Shown piece by piece: positions 1-14,340 of a stretch of 64,000 nucleotides of DNA (position 1 is its first letter; each line of letters begins with the position of its first letter). This stretch comes from Psilocybe cubensis. Lineage: Eukaryota. The notes beneath the pieces were generated by a model. It did not search any database. It worked only from the letters and a program-made list of their open reading frames with translations, and was not told the origin of the DNA. The translations under genes were made by a program, and so were the position numbers. The stretch spans positions 1,488,001 to 1,552,000 of the forward strand of contig CM039010.1 in assembly GCA_017499595.2 (NCBI GenBank). The letters are read 5' to 3'.

Positions 1-578
1 TTCATAATGAGGAGATGCAAGTGAACATAGGTGATGTTAAGCCTCGTGGGTGAGGCGTTTTCCCCAAGAGTTAATGGCCCATCCATATCTTCAGGGTGAA
101 TATATAGATCTTCTAATAAAGACGGTCCTTCAATTGCCGAGAATCGTGACATCGTCATCGATGTTAGCTGGTTCAAGTCAAGGACGCGACACCGACCGAG
201 ATGTTGATTAATGATATCAACCAGTGGGAAAATGAGCGGTTCAGTATTTATCTTGGGATAGCATATTACAGCCATGATGTATATCTCCAAAGGCAAGTTT
301 CCTGATCGTGTGATCCATTCGATAGCAAGATCTACCTTGGTCTTCGTTGTGCCGGAGGTCAAAACGAAATAGAGAACAGTCCAAAGCGAAGGGGTGCTCC
401 ATGCAACGTTCCTCCATAGTCTGCAAACAGCACCGATGGCCAGAACGATAGGAGCGTCACAAAAGCTTGTCGAAATCGCAGTCTGACCCACGTAGGCTTC
501 AAATATACGCGAAATAACCTCGACAGGTAGCTTATTTATGAGGCACCTTTCCTGATCATTGTTGCCGATTGTCGCCAT
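1..578 (-). CDS. F-box-like domain protein, agaricomycete type; runs off the left window edge, start uncertain
   Basis: Minus-strand frame open from ATG 578 to the window edge, so absent from the ORF track: ...CLINKLPVEVISRIF...IGAVCRLWRNVAWSTPSLW...EWITRSGNLPLEI, the typical basidiomycete F-box signature. Confidence 0.75.
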   Translation of the reverse strand, partial: MATIGNNDQERCLINKLPVEVISRIFEAYVGQTAISTSFCDAPIVLAIGAVCRLWRNVAWSTPSLWTVLYFVLTSGTTKTKVDLAIEWITRSGNLPLEIYIMAVICYPKINTEPLIFPLVDIINQHLGRCRVLDLNQLTSMTMSRFSAIEGPSLLEDLYIHPEDMDGPLTLGENASPTRLNITYVHLHLLIM

Positions 579-3008
579 CAGATGCAAATCTAAGTGAAAT
601 GAAATTCTCTAATGAGGCGGGGGTGTCGAATGACTTCGCTTTCTTCGATGGTTGGAATCACGTCGAAGCTGTATGCTTTTTAACACGAACAGACATAACG
701 CCAGAAGGGATCGATACCACTCACCTTTTCAAGGAAATCAGATGGAAGATGATATAGGGACTTTTTGGGAGAAGTCGAACGAGATGATTGAGGCTTTGAG
801 GGTCACTGTGTTAAGATTTTCATGTAGTGACAGTTGTTCAGCGCTCTGATGCATCCGACTTGGATGGTCGACTTAAATAGTTCGGAGGTTCAATTGTTTG
901 ACAGGCCCAGTGAACAGAGACGGCGGCGAGGCCGAGCACTGTAGCTCTTGTATCATTTTACTATGTCATCGGTTGCTTCGTGCATGATAGCTAGTGTACC
1001 GAATAAAGTCAATCCGCAGTCATTTTGCATAAATATAGATTGGAAACCGTCAAGTTCTACAACTGTTCAACAGAAACACTCACCGCCGTGATAAATAACT
1101 TCAAGACCCCACCGTGCGTTGGCCCCTCGCTTTGGCAGAGTCAAATGCAATGAAAGAATGAGGATTTAAAGTAGAATGAACGGTGATAAAATCTTCTGGG
1201 GAGTGTGTATTCTCCACTGTGCTCTGCGGTTGGCTCAAATGAGAATCATGGATCGTGACCACAGTAGTAGGGGGATTTCGTGTAATCAAGGTTCCTTGGG
1301 GAGCAGCCATGGTCAGAAACGATGAAAAAAATTTGACCAAAAGCCGAGTGGTTGGAACGGTTGTCTTGCATGATGGTACTGATCACTATTTCTTAAGTTA
1401 TGAGCCGAACGAAGAGTTAATTAGGAGCCATAACTCAACATCGTGCTCTCTGGAGGCGTACCGATATATTGCTGATGTGCTCAGGAGTCACCGCGTTAAA
1501 CGATGTGTCACCGAGTGGACTTCATTTGGCTACCTTGGGTCCATAGGGTTGAATATAAAGAGTAAAGGTGGAAAGTACAGTATTTCATAGAGAGGATATG
1601 ACAAAGGAGCTCGACAGAGAGACATCGGGCCTCAGCAATGAAAATAGGGGTTGTTGAACCAACGAACGTCGTACGCCACCACGAACAAATTATTATAAAT
1701 AATACAAAACATACATCGATTATTTTCCTCTTTTACCAAACTTTTACCTTTCCTCATTTGTATGGATTTTCCTTTTACTCCGCTTGCTGTGAAGCACATT
1801 GATACACTGCATTCTATCCGATCTCAAGTTGTGTCAACTTGGATCTTTGAAGTTTGGCGCGCCTGCAGAGTCCAATCAACCTCGGAGCCAGAAAAGGTTC
1901 TTCAACGTGAAGACGATGATCAAACTAAGGAAATTCTACTGGAATCTCATTGAACGCGAAATCTACTCGCCCGAAGAGATGTTTCTTCAATGAATCAACA
2001 ATCACCAACTTCGCCCACCGAGAAGTACAACGCTTACGCAACTTTGAATTCAGCATTCCACCGTTTACAGTCGATGTCACTTCAACAAACTTGGCGTGAC
2101 ATCGTGTTTTGCTCTATCGTGGTTTGTTTTTTTACAGAATCTGCTTCTCCGAAGTACCCTACCCCTGGAGACTTGTCCTCTTGCGTATCTGGTTCAAAGT
2201 TGTTTAGGAAATTTTAGAAAGCGGTGAGGGGCGAGGATGACTCGGTCTGCGTAACACGTTTCTATTTTGAAATTTTAGATCCGCTCAGGCCGACAAAAAT
2301 CGCGCACATCAACGCATGGCCCAGGGTCTTCGATAACGGGGTCTACCCTAAAGTACAGCTATTTTCCCCTTGTCGAATCTCAAAGACGCCACTATATGGC
2401 TTGTTTAGCAGTAATATGCATATGCACGTCGGTGAGACTGAAGCTTTTCGGATCGATGTTTTTAAGTTTGTCGAAATTGGCGCTTCTGGACTTTGTCCAT
2501 CGCTGTTCATCGTGAACGGAAGCGTCGGAAATCCGAACACATGCATTCAAGCGACGTTCAGAATGCCATAAACACCGCTACCCCCTACCAAATGTGAGTA
2601 AGTCGGTCTCGGCAATGCATGCGCGTTGGCAGCTGCGGTTGCCTGCAGGTTTCATCTATGGTTGAATTTGGACGAATGCGAGCTATACGCATCACTCTGT
2701 TGATGTGTCCGGACTTTCCCGGGAAAGACTTACCATTGCGGGAAGGGCTTATAGCGCATCTTGAACCCGGAAAGTTCACAGGGCTGGTCTCTACAAGGTA
2801 CGTCTTCCTGTCCTCCTGAATGAACGTGTACAAACTTTAATTTGCATGCAAGCTGTTTCCCCTTACTTGTTGACGAGTAAACCGAACGTATAATAAATAC
2901 AGGTAGCGCTGGTCGCTTCCTTCTTTATCCCGACCCCAGTACACTCTTTCCCTCCCCTCCGCCGTTTGGCAGGAAACAAGCAAAAAAACCAGAAAAAAAG
3001 TCTATACC

Positions 3009-4503
3009 ATGCAGTCGCCAACATCTTCGATCACGCCCACTAAGCCATCAGGCGACGATACCCCGCCCGCTAACGTCGAACTTCCAACATTAGCTTCGTA
3101 CTTTCCGCCTCAGAAGTCGCAGAGCACCATGAGCCGCCTTCGGTGAGCTTCAATGCCAAGAATACATCGAAGCTATTGATGTATTAACACCAACCTCTAG
3201 ACAATTCATTCGTGAACCTATGGCTGAGTTCTTTGGTGTCGCCCTTTTCGTTATCTTCGGTACCGGTGTCGATTGTCAAGTCGTTTTGTCCACCAACAAG
3301 GGTGTGGCTGCATCCCCCAAAGGAGTGCGTCACCATCTCAAACGTGTATCATGTTTACATCTGATGGTATATCTCCCAGGATTTTCTCTCAGTCAACTTT
3401 GGATGGGCTATTGGTGCGCATGAAGCATCTATCAGTTCTTAGTAAGTCTTAACTCGGTGTTGCGTAGGTCTGGCCATGGGCGCTTGGGTTAGTGGAGGAA
3501 TTTCTGGTGGTCATTTGAACCCAGCTGTGAGCAATTTTTTGCTATCCCACACTATGAAAGAAGTCAAGTTTACGCGATGTATCGTTTAGGTTACCCTGGC
3601 ATTAGCTACTTGGCGAGGTTTCCCGTGGAGGAAGGTTCCTGGTATGTCATTTTGAGGTCTTCTTCGGCATCAGCATCCGTGTTAACGATCGTGTTAGCGT
3701 TCATTTTTGCTCAGGTCATGGGAGGACTTGTAGGCGCTGCCATCGTTTACAGGAACTATATTAACGCCATCGACATCTTTGAAGGCGGTCGAAGCATCCG
3801 CACACAAGCTACTGCCGGTTTGTTTGCCACATATGCTGTAAGTTCATTCATTCATTTAAAATTTGTCTAAATTGTTTATTTTCATTACAGCAAGATTATA
3901 TGACCGCTGGATCTTGCTTCTTTGTTGAGTTCCTGGGTACAGCCATTCTCGTCTTTGTGGTTGTTGCAGTCACAGATAAAAACAACAACGCGCCACCGAG
4001 TGGCTTGCTACCTGTTTCTCTGTTCCTCGTGCTTCTGGGGCTCGGGGCTTCTCTCGGAATGCAGACATGTGGGTTTTATGAGATATGTATAACACTATTT
4101 TACTGATAAAATATAGCTTATGCATTCAACCCTGCGCGAGACTTCGGACCTCGTCTCCTTCTAACCTTCGCTGGGTATGGGAAACAATTATACTCCTACA
4201 GACAGTAAGCCGTGATCACCACTCGTGCTTGATACAAACTGATGTGCTCCCCTGATCATGTAGCCAATATTGGCTTTGGTGTCCCATCATCGCTCCATTC
4301 GTAGGTGCTCAAGCTGCTGTCGGATTCTACGATCTTTTCCTGCGGGAAGAAGACCCATTCAACCGATTCGAGTCTCCGTGAGATTTCCATCCGTTTAGCA
4401 TCTATCGACAAGATACTTACGTTATTTTTTTCTCAGTAAATCTATCACAAATGATGAAAGCGGTACTCAAACTCCAGCTGCAAATGGGAGCAGCCCGGTA
4501 TAG
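3009..4503 (+). CDS. Aquaglyceroporin (MIP family) AQP-A, ~10 exons
   Basis: Spliced exons give [61 protein letters not shown]. Two NPA boxes, GT-AG introns of ~50-63 nt, ATG 3009, TAG 4501-4503. Confidence 0.93.
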
Positions 4504-5136
4504 ATTTATTTTCATGTCTTGGCAATCTTCAGTCTATCACAACGGCACTAGTACTGGTCAGACGAGTCTGATGTCCATTTCTAATCATTTCCTCACTACT
4601 ACTATGGGTTCTACGGTTTGATGGTGTAATAGTTTACTGTTGTGTTGTTGTATGGCATATGTATGTACATTCACATTTGCTATCGTAATTTACGAAGATT
4701 TCCACTAGACTTCTTTGGCGTATCGACGAAAGAATCAGAAAAAAAATGAGATTAGGTAGTTTCTCTTCCTCAATCTCTCATACTATGTGACATTTAACCC
4801 GCTCAACCCGCGATTGATTACCAGTCATCCTAGTCCTGGAAAAGTCCAGAAAAAAGGTGTGTACGTAAAGAAATAGGGGCGTTCACGTGACCTATGATTA
4901 CAACGAAATTGATCTCTGAGCTTAAAGCTTTACAGACGACTTTGTTCTTGCTTGAGCTTCACCGCCGTGCGCAGTGACTTGCACGATTTAAAGTCGAAAG
5001 TCAACAAACCAGCCAGAGCTTGCTGGCCACATTCACCATACGTATTGCATCTAGGAAGGTCGTAAGGACCGTATACAGTTCTTTTGCGGCAGCAGCAGCA
5101 TCGTGTCTCGCTTACCGACTACTTTCCTTGCGAGAG

Positions 5137-6635
5137 ATGCCTTCGAGGAGCCCTCTTCGCCGTCTCTCTGTCGCTCTTCGACTAGCAGAAGCATATAAGC
5201 CTCCTGAAGCAGCAGCAGCACTTACGACTTCGACTTCTCTCAGTCTATTCTTGACCCATGCGAAAACAAATTTTCTCAAAGACGCAGAAGGAGATCAGGA
5301 AAAGGCAGCAGACTGGATTGTGGTTATGGGAAATGAAGCTGGAGGTATGTTTTTCTGCTTGTTTTGGCTGAGCTGACATTGAGGGGATCAGATTTGGACA
5401 CCCTCGCGAGCTCGATCGCGTATGCTTGGATTGAATCTGAAGTTCACAAGAAACCAGCCGTTCCCTTACTGCAAATGCACCGAAACGACCTGGTACTTCG
5501 CGCAGAAAATTTGCATGTTCTAAAACTTGCAGGTCTTAGTGGGGAAGAGCTACTCACCCTGGATGATATTTCTCAAGATCGACCGTTTCCTGCCCACAAA
5601 TTTGCTCTCGTGGACCACAACCGCCTCGCAGACGCCTTTTCACGCAACAATCCTGAAGCTCAGGTTGTCTCCATCCTTGATCACCACCAAGACGAAGGAG
5701 GCCACCTAGACGCCAACCCGCGCGTGGTTACCGCGTGTGGCAGCTGTGCCTCACACGTTGTGCCCTTCTGTCCTGCGGAAATGCCTGCAGAACTCGCGAC
5801 GCTCCTTTTATCAGCCATCCTCATCGACACAGATGGTCTTGTCCCCGGGGGGAAGGCAACGTCAGTTGACCGCGAAGCGGCTCTAAGCGTCGCACCGAAA
5901 TCGACCATCGGATACACCATACCACCTCCTTCCGCTCTTTCGCCCATTGACCACGCTAATCCCGACGCCCTCTCTGAAGTCCAGAGCATCAAGGACCTGA
6001 CAGCTATCCTTATAGAGAAGAAGGCAGATGTGTCACATCTTGGAGGCCTGGACTTGCTCCGCCGAGATTACAAGGAGTATAGCCACAAACTTCTCTGGGC
6101 CACTGGGCAACCTACGATCAAAGTCGGATTGTCTACCGTTCCTACTGGGCTAAAATCGTGGGCGACCGATGGAAGGCTGGAGAAGGCAGCTGTTGAGTGG
6201 ATGAAGACTCGCGGGTTGACGATCCTCGGCGTCCTCACTTCGTTTCGCGATGGCAAAAAGTCGTTGGTTGGGAAGAACAAGAAGGGAAAGCATAAACGAG
6301 AGATGGCGTGGATCATCTTGGAAACTTCTGATTTGGCCAAGACATCTAATGAAGGTCTGACTGCATCGTCGCTCGCGCGTAGGTTATGGAAAGGGTTGGA
6401 GGCCAACGCGGGGATTGATGTCAGCCCACACAAGAAATTCGACTTGGAGAAATCAGAGGGTCTTCCAAAAAGTTCACATGCCCGTGTTTATAAGCAGGGC
6501 AACGCCAGTGTAACGCGTAAGGCCGTTGCTCCTCTTGTCAAGGAAATTCTGGAAGGCAACATCATGAAGCCTGCCGAGGAACCCAAGAAGCAAGACGAAC
6601 CGAAGCCGACACCGACGACAATCGCTACGACATAA
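5137..6635 (+). CDS. PPX1: Exopolyphosphatase (DHH/DHHA2 phosphoesterase, Prune/PPX1 family)
   Basis: Intron 5345-5391 joins VVMGNEAG to DLDTLASSI. Motifs LVDHN, ILDHH, GSCAS, AILIDT, LLRRDYKE. Confidence 0.88.
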
Positions 6636-7154
6636 ATGATCACGGAGACGGACAACTCTCTACTGCTATTTACGAATCACCATCTTTGAGACTCACAGAT
6701 ACACGCCGAACGGACAACCTACGCTGATGCTTGCTATTCCCCCTTCCCATCTCGATACCCATTTGTTAACCCATAGTGACAATTCTGACGATAGATATGC
6801 CTTTTTCGATACCAATGGCTTTGCACTCTTTTATGTTTTTCGCTTTCTTCAGGGCAATTTGATCAGGTCATGGACAGGTTCTATGGTTCTATAGACTATA
6901 TTGAATCCTCGTGTGCGATAACGGCGAACGAACAAATGAATATGGGTAGGTTAATATTGAAACAAATAGCAGGGATAGAACGGCATTCCATATTCGTACA
7001 GATGGGGTACAAATCACAATAGGTGATATTGATGAGGTGGTGGTTGTCGTAAAAAGATGGACACTTTGAAAGCATTCGGGCCTAGGTGTCGTACGATGAG
7101 GATAATGGATAGTCCAGAAGAGTGATGATATTAGGTGCAGACGATGGAGGGGCG

Positions 7155-7931
7155 TTAGATGTCGTCAAAGTCGCTTTTGGCTGTGCTATATGAAGTTTCG
7201 CTGTCTGGTCTTTTTGATGGAGATGACTTCGGTCTTGGTTGAACCCATTTTTCTTTATCGCCATTTTCTACGGTATTCAGCTCATCTTCGTCTCCACCCT
7301 CCACACTTGTCGTAGGCGTAGTCGGTTCCTCGAAATGATGGCCTTCAGATCGACTAGACTGCAAATCCGAAGACGAATGCGAATGGGCAGAACCCGGGGA
7401 TGCTGGCGAGTCAAATGACGTCGTTTCATTGTCAGACGCGTTCGAAGCGAACAACTGTTGAGCATGAACGGCAAAGTCCCGTTCAATACTCGGAGTTCGG
7501 AGTAACTGCCGTCGCCGTCGCCTGAGCGATTTGGGGCTCATACTGGTAGAGCTGGACACGTCACGACTGTGGGATGTGGAAGCCATGGTCTCCCGTGACG
7601 CTTCGTGTATCACAATTAAGCGCTGCTGCTGTGCAATAGGCGAGGAGAATAGGGGCGCTGTGGAAGGCACCTGCTTCGACGGCGATCCTTCAGGGAACTG
7701 GGAGAGGAGTGGGCAAAAGGATGGTGACGGCGGGAATAGTAGCTTTGAGTTCGCGTAGAATCTCGTATATCCTCCCATCACTACTCGAGGGAACGGTGTA
7801 TCTGGAATTGCACTCCAGCGAAGCAGATCGGGGGCGTCCTGTACACATTCTGCCAGCACTTCCGTCCATGCCTCTGACGTTGGTTGTGGAAGTGACTGTC
7901 GGCGTACTCGTTTCGCGACTTTCGAGAGCAT
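7155..7931 (-). CDS. Hypothetical Ser/Pro-rich protein (start uncertain)
   Basis: 258-aa ATG-initiated ORF, low complexity, no recognised domain. Confidence 0.5.
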   Translation of the reverse strand: MLSKVAKRVRRQSLPQPTSEAWTEVLAECVQDAPDLLRWSAIPDTPFPRVVMGGYTRFYANSKLLFPPSPSFCPLLSQFPEGSPSKQVPSTAPLFSSPIAQQQRLIVIHEASRETMASTSHSRDVSSSTSMSPKSLRRRRRQLLRTPSIERDFAVHAQQLFASNASDNETTSFDSPASPGSAHSHSSSDLQSSRSEGHHFEEPTTPTTSVEGGDEDELNTVENGDKEKWVQPRPKSSPSKRPDSETSYSTAKSDFDDI

Positions 7932-10900
7932 GATGGTATGAGGGTAAGAAGTGATTAGAGGATTGGATATAGGCTCGCAGGTATGACAGGTGTGGGAGAT
8001 AGTTTAGATATGAAGGACGGTAATCGTATGCGGGAGCGGGTGGTTAAATTGACGGTATCCAAGCATGTATGGCGTGGCCATTTGAGTATAGCGGTACTAC
8101 CGCTATGTCTCAGGCCGAAGGAAGAATGCATTGGGAATTTGATATCCGAAAACCAGGATTGGAGTCTAGTATAGGAGATAAGAATAAGTCGTCTATGACG
8201 AAAATCAGAGATATATATCCCGAAACCAAAGCGAAAATGCGCACACCTATACAGTAACACCGCAATAGAAGACTTCTGTAAAATCAATCAAGCATTGAGC
8301 ATTCATTGCGATAGCGGTATGTAGGCAGCTGACGGCGATCATGCTGGCCATTTGCACCGTCCATGCTTTCAAATCTTATCAGCTGGAAGACTGAAGTGAT
8401 GATCATGTGGATAGGCGGACTACAGAAAAGACTAGGACGGGACCTTCCAGAATCGACGTCATGTGATACTTACATCCACTGAGGAGACTTTGGTCAGAAA
8501 ACCCAATCCAACATTGGAATGGGAAAAAAAAAGAAGACGACCAAAGTATCTTGGTTTATTTTTGCCACGGTAGCTCTAAATTTGCTGTGATTCCACGAGA
8601 GCACGCTCCAAAGGGATTAGTGGCTTGACAATTCCTGCTCGGTCTCGGAGCGTTCCCGGATGATTATGGCTACTTTCCGGGTAATTAAAGGCGAGGAAGA
8701 AAACGTCTTATTGAGGCAACTTTGGAGCGGTTTTTGCTTCTGTTGTATTCTGTCAATAAAAGCTTCGTGGTAAAATCGAATGCTGCGCTTCGCAAGAGTT
8801 GATTAAAGTAACATTGATGTCCACGGTCGTGGAAAGACTCAAATCACTGGGCATATGATGTATCACTATCAGTAAATCCAGATCAAAAGAGAGAGAAAAA
8901 AGGATGGCTTACTGCGATGAACAAAATTTGAAGGTATATGCTGATAGTGGTGATATGATCTCCGTAAAGCCCACACGAGCAAAGGTTTCACCGATTCCCG
9001 TTACACTGCAGAAGGATGCCGTTTACGCCTTGTCAAGGAACGCCATCCAATGTCGCCTTGACTGATGAAAATCAATACAGGTACCCAGCTCTAGAAGTCT
9101 GCAATAGCACCAAAGGACCGCGAACGAGGCACCCAAGTCCGAGAAACACCCACCACTGGGAACCCAACAAACCCGCGTGCGCCGTGCCTGCACAGATACC
9201 CATGCACATTCAATCGATTCGATTCCCGTCACACAGCCTCTGATCTAACAACAGCACACGCCCAACAACAACGTCGACAGACAACGCTAGAAGCACCACT
9301 TCTGACATTCCGCAAGAGGGTTTCAAGGCTCGGAAAACGTTCACATAGCAGGCCAAAAAGTACTCGTTTCCCGGTCTTGAGTTGGCCGGGGAGCTGGGTG
9401 GGAGAGCAGGCGCCAACAGTGATAGCGGCATGAGACAATATGAAAGGTGGAGCCGTGGTGGGACTAGGGTAAGGATACTGGAGCGGTTTCGACGATAGCA
9501 GGGACCTTGTCCTATTCGATAGATGTGCCATAGGTGTTCCGGAATGATGGATGACTACGCACATTCAAAATATCTGTGTTTTACATTTGAGAGGTTTTAG
9601 TGTCCTGAAGACAGTCCCGGCCTGAACCTGTTGAATTCAGATCTTTGATGGTCTTGTACAAGGTACTAGATCCTTCGGGGACCAGACCGTCGAGTGTGCA
9701 TACCGCTCGTTCGATTTACTCAACGAGCAAGTTTACAAGAAAAGTGAGCTGGAAATTGAAGGCATCGATAACGTATGAGAAGAAGGAGGGATTCGCCAAA
9801 GTACAAAACGCGTGTCAACAGTCCACGACGCGTCCTCGCGGTGTTCCAACTTCCTCTGGTCACGCGTAGCCATTTAACCAACCAGGGTCGTATCCGCGTA
9901 AAAATGGGGGAATCATGAATGTAAGTGTTGGACAATATGCTGCCGCATTGATTTATTGAGGGTGAGTACTGAGTATTGAGTGTCGATGTCGATGTCGATG
10001 TCGATGGTTGTCAAAGGGGTGCAAAAAAGGGTTGTCTGTCAAATGGCTTGTGCATCTCTCAATAAAATATTGATCCGCTGGAACCAATTGAACGAAACGT
10101 CACGTTGATTGAATGGGATTTGAGGGCTCTTCAAGATGAAAATTAAGCTTCAGCAAACCGGCAGCCAATAGGTAGAGGCAAAGTGCATAGAATACAAAAT
10201 TGAAAACGATGCATATGTACGTATATATAGATACAAGTATTGAAGACGAAAAGGGGCATCCAAAAGGATGACCAGGGGTATTCTCTAGATCGTAAGCAAT
10301 ATCATCACAGGAAGGTCCGAATCCGCACACACAGAGAGAACCGACTAGACAAAGATCAGAGGCATGATAACTGATATCCATACCGTAGCACACAGTTTCG
10401 TAGTAAAAATACAATGAAGCATACCAAAAAAGAGTTTGTTCCAATCCCACCAACAATAACCTCCCCACCGCCTCATACGTCGAAGGAAACATCAGAACAG
10501 AACCAAGAAATCACCCGCGTTCGCCACCAATAGATCCCCAAATCTGCCCTCGAACCTCCTAGAACACTCTTCCTCCCTTCCACACCCAAGTGCTTCCCAC
10601 CGTCCATCCAAGAGCGTGATATCCGCCACCATGGCAAAGCATCCACGTCAATCATATGTCCAAGCGAGGGATTCGCCCACACCCGCATGCAAGTATATGT
10701 ATTGTGAAGGGAGAGTCGGGGGACCGGACCTGCAGGGGCGGTCGACCCCGCATCAAGAAAATTACCGCGCATGCAATCAAATATAGTCGAGAATGTTGCG
10801 TATCATCGACCCTTCATGGGGTCACTGGGGAGGAAGGGATTGCAGGGAATAGTCGGCAAACAAAGTGTAAGTATGTATTGTTGTCATGGAGGATCACGTG

Positions 10901-10955
10901 TGTTGAATTGCAAGAGGGAGAGTTAACCGCGGGTGTGTAGGGTAGAGGCTTGTGT

Positions 10956-12863
10956 TCAAATGAGCTGCGATGCAGCAAGATTTTCTCGTAAGACTCCGTC
11001 TCGCACGGTCTCAAGGGTTATTGCTGTAGCGTTGGTATCCTAAAAATGCAATTTTTATCAAATCAAAGATCGTACATAACGATCAGGAATTGAACGTACA
11101 GTGACAGTTGTCGGATATATGTACACAGCACGTTGCTCAGGGGAGTTTTGTTTTTGAATGTCTTTAAACTTTTCGCGGAAATCTTGGAGACAATTTCAGC
11201 GCCAATGTCAGGAAAAAATGAAGAAAACACGTACATTTTACAACGGGTATAACTTCGTTTGGTCGATCTCCAAAGCTGGGAAGATAATGGTTGACTTTCA
11301 CACCTCGCTTCAGTTTTCGACGCAACAGATCACATTTGTTGAGGAAGAGGATCAGTTGAGTTTTAGATAGAAGTTTAGAAGAACAGATTGAGGTCCAAAG
11401 AATGATTGAGTCCTCCAATCTATTCACAGAGGGGTCCTCTTCCAGGCGCTGATCGAAAACAGACACAGGAGAAACTGTATGTCATGAGTCAGATGATATT
11501 CATCAAGCAGTTTGTACATGCGACACATACGGAAGATAATAACGTTAACATTGTCAAAATATGGGAGCCACGCAGTGCGCTACAACAATCAATCAGCTTC
11601 AGACGGCAACCTTGAACGATATGATACACATACACTGGTTCTGCATCCACCAACATCAAAGATACGCCATTCCCATCCTGATTCTCGACCGGCTATTTGA
11701 TAGTACTTTGAGATACAGAGTGTGAGTAGACTAGAATGTATGCTTACATTTTGAATTGTCCCATGGCCCTTGCTTGAAAATAAGCTGATGTTCCTGGATC
11801 CCAACAGTCCTAAGCCGGGCGCGCATGATATCGTCATCTGTAACAGTGTAGTCTCGAGAAGCGACCCGGTCAAGGTCGTTCAAGAAGCTGTATCATAGAT
11901 TAAGTAAAACAAGAATTAGGAGGTGAGATGAAGGGACATACAAGCCGGCGGTATCGTTCAACACTAGTTTCCTCCGCTTTAGCGTCAAACGAACAGTCTT
12001 GTCCTCCCATAGAGCCTTCATATCGTCCTTGCATCCGGCGATAGTTAGTGTAGCAGCCTCCATAGCCCGGTTCGAGCTTTCCGCGCTCTCCCCTGTTTCA
12101 CGATCCAATACATCCTTCCATGACCGCACGGAAAACTCGGGTTTCCTTCGAACATTACTGTTGGTTTCCAACGACTCGAATGGAGTGGCAGACAACGACG
12201 CGAATGACGGAGTAAGGGGCTCAGTGCCAGCTCCAAGACGTCGCTTCAGCTCGGCCTCTACACCGTGAAGGGGTGCCAGCCGTATCATCAGCAACTGATG
12301 ACGGTCGGAGAACTTGACTGGTTCGACCCCATTCGCGTCATCCGGGACCGTCAAATCGTCTTCGTCTGAGTCTAAGGGTACGTCCCCGTTCATTTCCGCC
12401 TCGATGACTTTGAGAATGGTGATGATGGAGCGGACAATGTTCAGCTGGACAACCGAACGCCAACCATTGCGCTCCCTCTCCCATTCTTCATGGGCAAAGC
12501 GCATGCGAAAGTCTGGTCCGCAGGCTTGTTGAGAAAAATGGCGGAAAACGTGACAACATGTTCAGACCTACTTTTGAGGGTAGTCGACTTGCCTATAGAG
12601 CGGCTCGGTGAGGTTGTTGCACGGTAATGTAATATTGTCCCCGACTCACCACTTTCTGATTGACCCAGCAACAACACTTTTATGATCTTTTTGCTCTTCC
12701 TGGCCTTGGCCCGCTCCTGTTTAATATCCTCGTCAATAATATCATTAATTCGTTGCGCGTCGGCCTCTCGCTTTAGACGAGCAGTCATTTGGGCGGGAGT
12801 CTCGTCAGGCGGTGGCTGCATAAGCTCGTAGAACGGGTCCGCGGGTCCAGGTTGGAAGCCCAT
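10956..12863 (-). CDS. Heterotrimeric G-protein alpha subunit, atypical agaricomycete-expanded type, multi-exon
   Basis: KVLLLGQSESGKSTT (G1), DIMRARLRTVGIQE (G2), FDVGGCRT (G3), ILFLNKCD (G4); C-terminus TVRDGVLRENLAASQLI* with TGA at 10956-10958. Confidence 0.9.
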
Positions 12864-14340
12864 GGCGGCGAAGGGGAGGAGGAGCGGGGAGGGGGAGGTG
12901 TGGCAGGGGATTGAAACCGATGAGAATGATCAGGATATTTGAGAGATTTGATGCAGTTTGCTGAGTCAGCGGCTGATCCCAAGCCACGCACCGTCCACCC
13001 AGGGTCAGGCACCACTTTCCGACTTCCCCCAATACAAATACTCGGTCAATTATCGCGGTCGCAAATGGATGGAACACTTTCAGATGTGTTTCAAATGCAA
13101 GAATAGGTTTGCTAATAAGCCAGTTAGGCTGCTTTTTAATTGTGATCATGTTCCACTAGTACTTGCATTTCACCTTACCAGATGCCCACACCGCTGCCTG
13201 AGTCTACACATGCAGGCTGGAAGCACCGAGGTGGATACCTGGATGTCATTCTCTGTCACTCAAAATTGCAATTGATTTGACCCATGAGAAAGGTTACCAC
13301 CAGGAAGGATGCCATGCATGCCTCCTACCCTCAAACACTCGCAAACCAATTCTATTTTTTCCTTTGACGTAATATAGTATATCATCCTTCCCCATATCGC
13401 TCAGAGCGTTCTTGGAATCATAGATGCCTGGAAATGATTAATGGATGGCAACAAGTCTGAAAGGCGGTGATCTAGAGTCTAAGACTCCACAACTTATTTA
13501 TTTACTCGTAACCTTCCACCAGTACAGTACTTTCGCCCAATTGTTCGACAAGTCTTTGCTGCCTTCACGTTAAGCAACTTGTCGATCCATGATACCGTAA
13601 ATTGGCTCGTGAATGATACGCAACGACTGGGAATAGCACAATAGAATCCGATGGAACAGGGATTAAACTATTCATCCCACCCGATCGAAATCGGTCGACC
13701 AGCTCCTGTCACGATTCAACTCCGGCGTCCGACGCGCGAAGTCCCTGAAGTAACAGTTTAAAAGGTTATAGAACACCATCATTAACATCCCAACGGCAAG
13801 TTGGATGGGTGTGTACCGCGATGCATCACCATCGTGGAATCTCAATCGCGGCTTTTCATCATTATGTTCGTTGCCAGAATGAGAATGAAGTGCAACTACA
13901 ACAATCCCTCAAACGACGAGTTACAACTCGGCATTAAAACGGAAAGTATGCGCTGAAAATCTGATAGAAAGATTTTACCTTGTGTCCTCCTCGACTATGG
14001 TACATACCACCCCTCTAGGATCATGAATTCCGCGCCTCGATAGATAGGGGCAATAATTCAGCTTGAGTCGAATCCCCGGCCTCCACATCAGATTGTTAGC
14101 CGGTCAACTCTTATTGGTCCTCGGAATGATGTCACTATATTCCCTGCACATAAAAGAAAAAATTAGAGTAAACGTGAGTATCTCGAGGTATCTAGATACA
14201 CATTCCAAAAGCTCGCTTAACGCTTAACGCCGAAGGAATCAGAACAACATGATTCCTGTCAAAATGAAAGGGAACGGAAAACACATTCACAGCTGCTGAT
14301 GACGACAGGAAATCTCACCTCCGCCGGTCAAGGCGCAGGC

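Noticed and set aside
850-2900. Short ORFs at 1.1-2.8 kb (also 8-10.9 kb and 16.4-18.1 kb)
   Set aside because: No recognisable motifs or consistent splice structure; treated as intergenic/UTR, though small spliced genes cannot be excluded.
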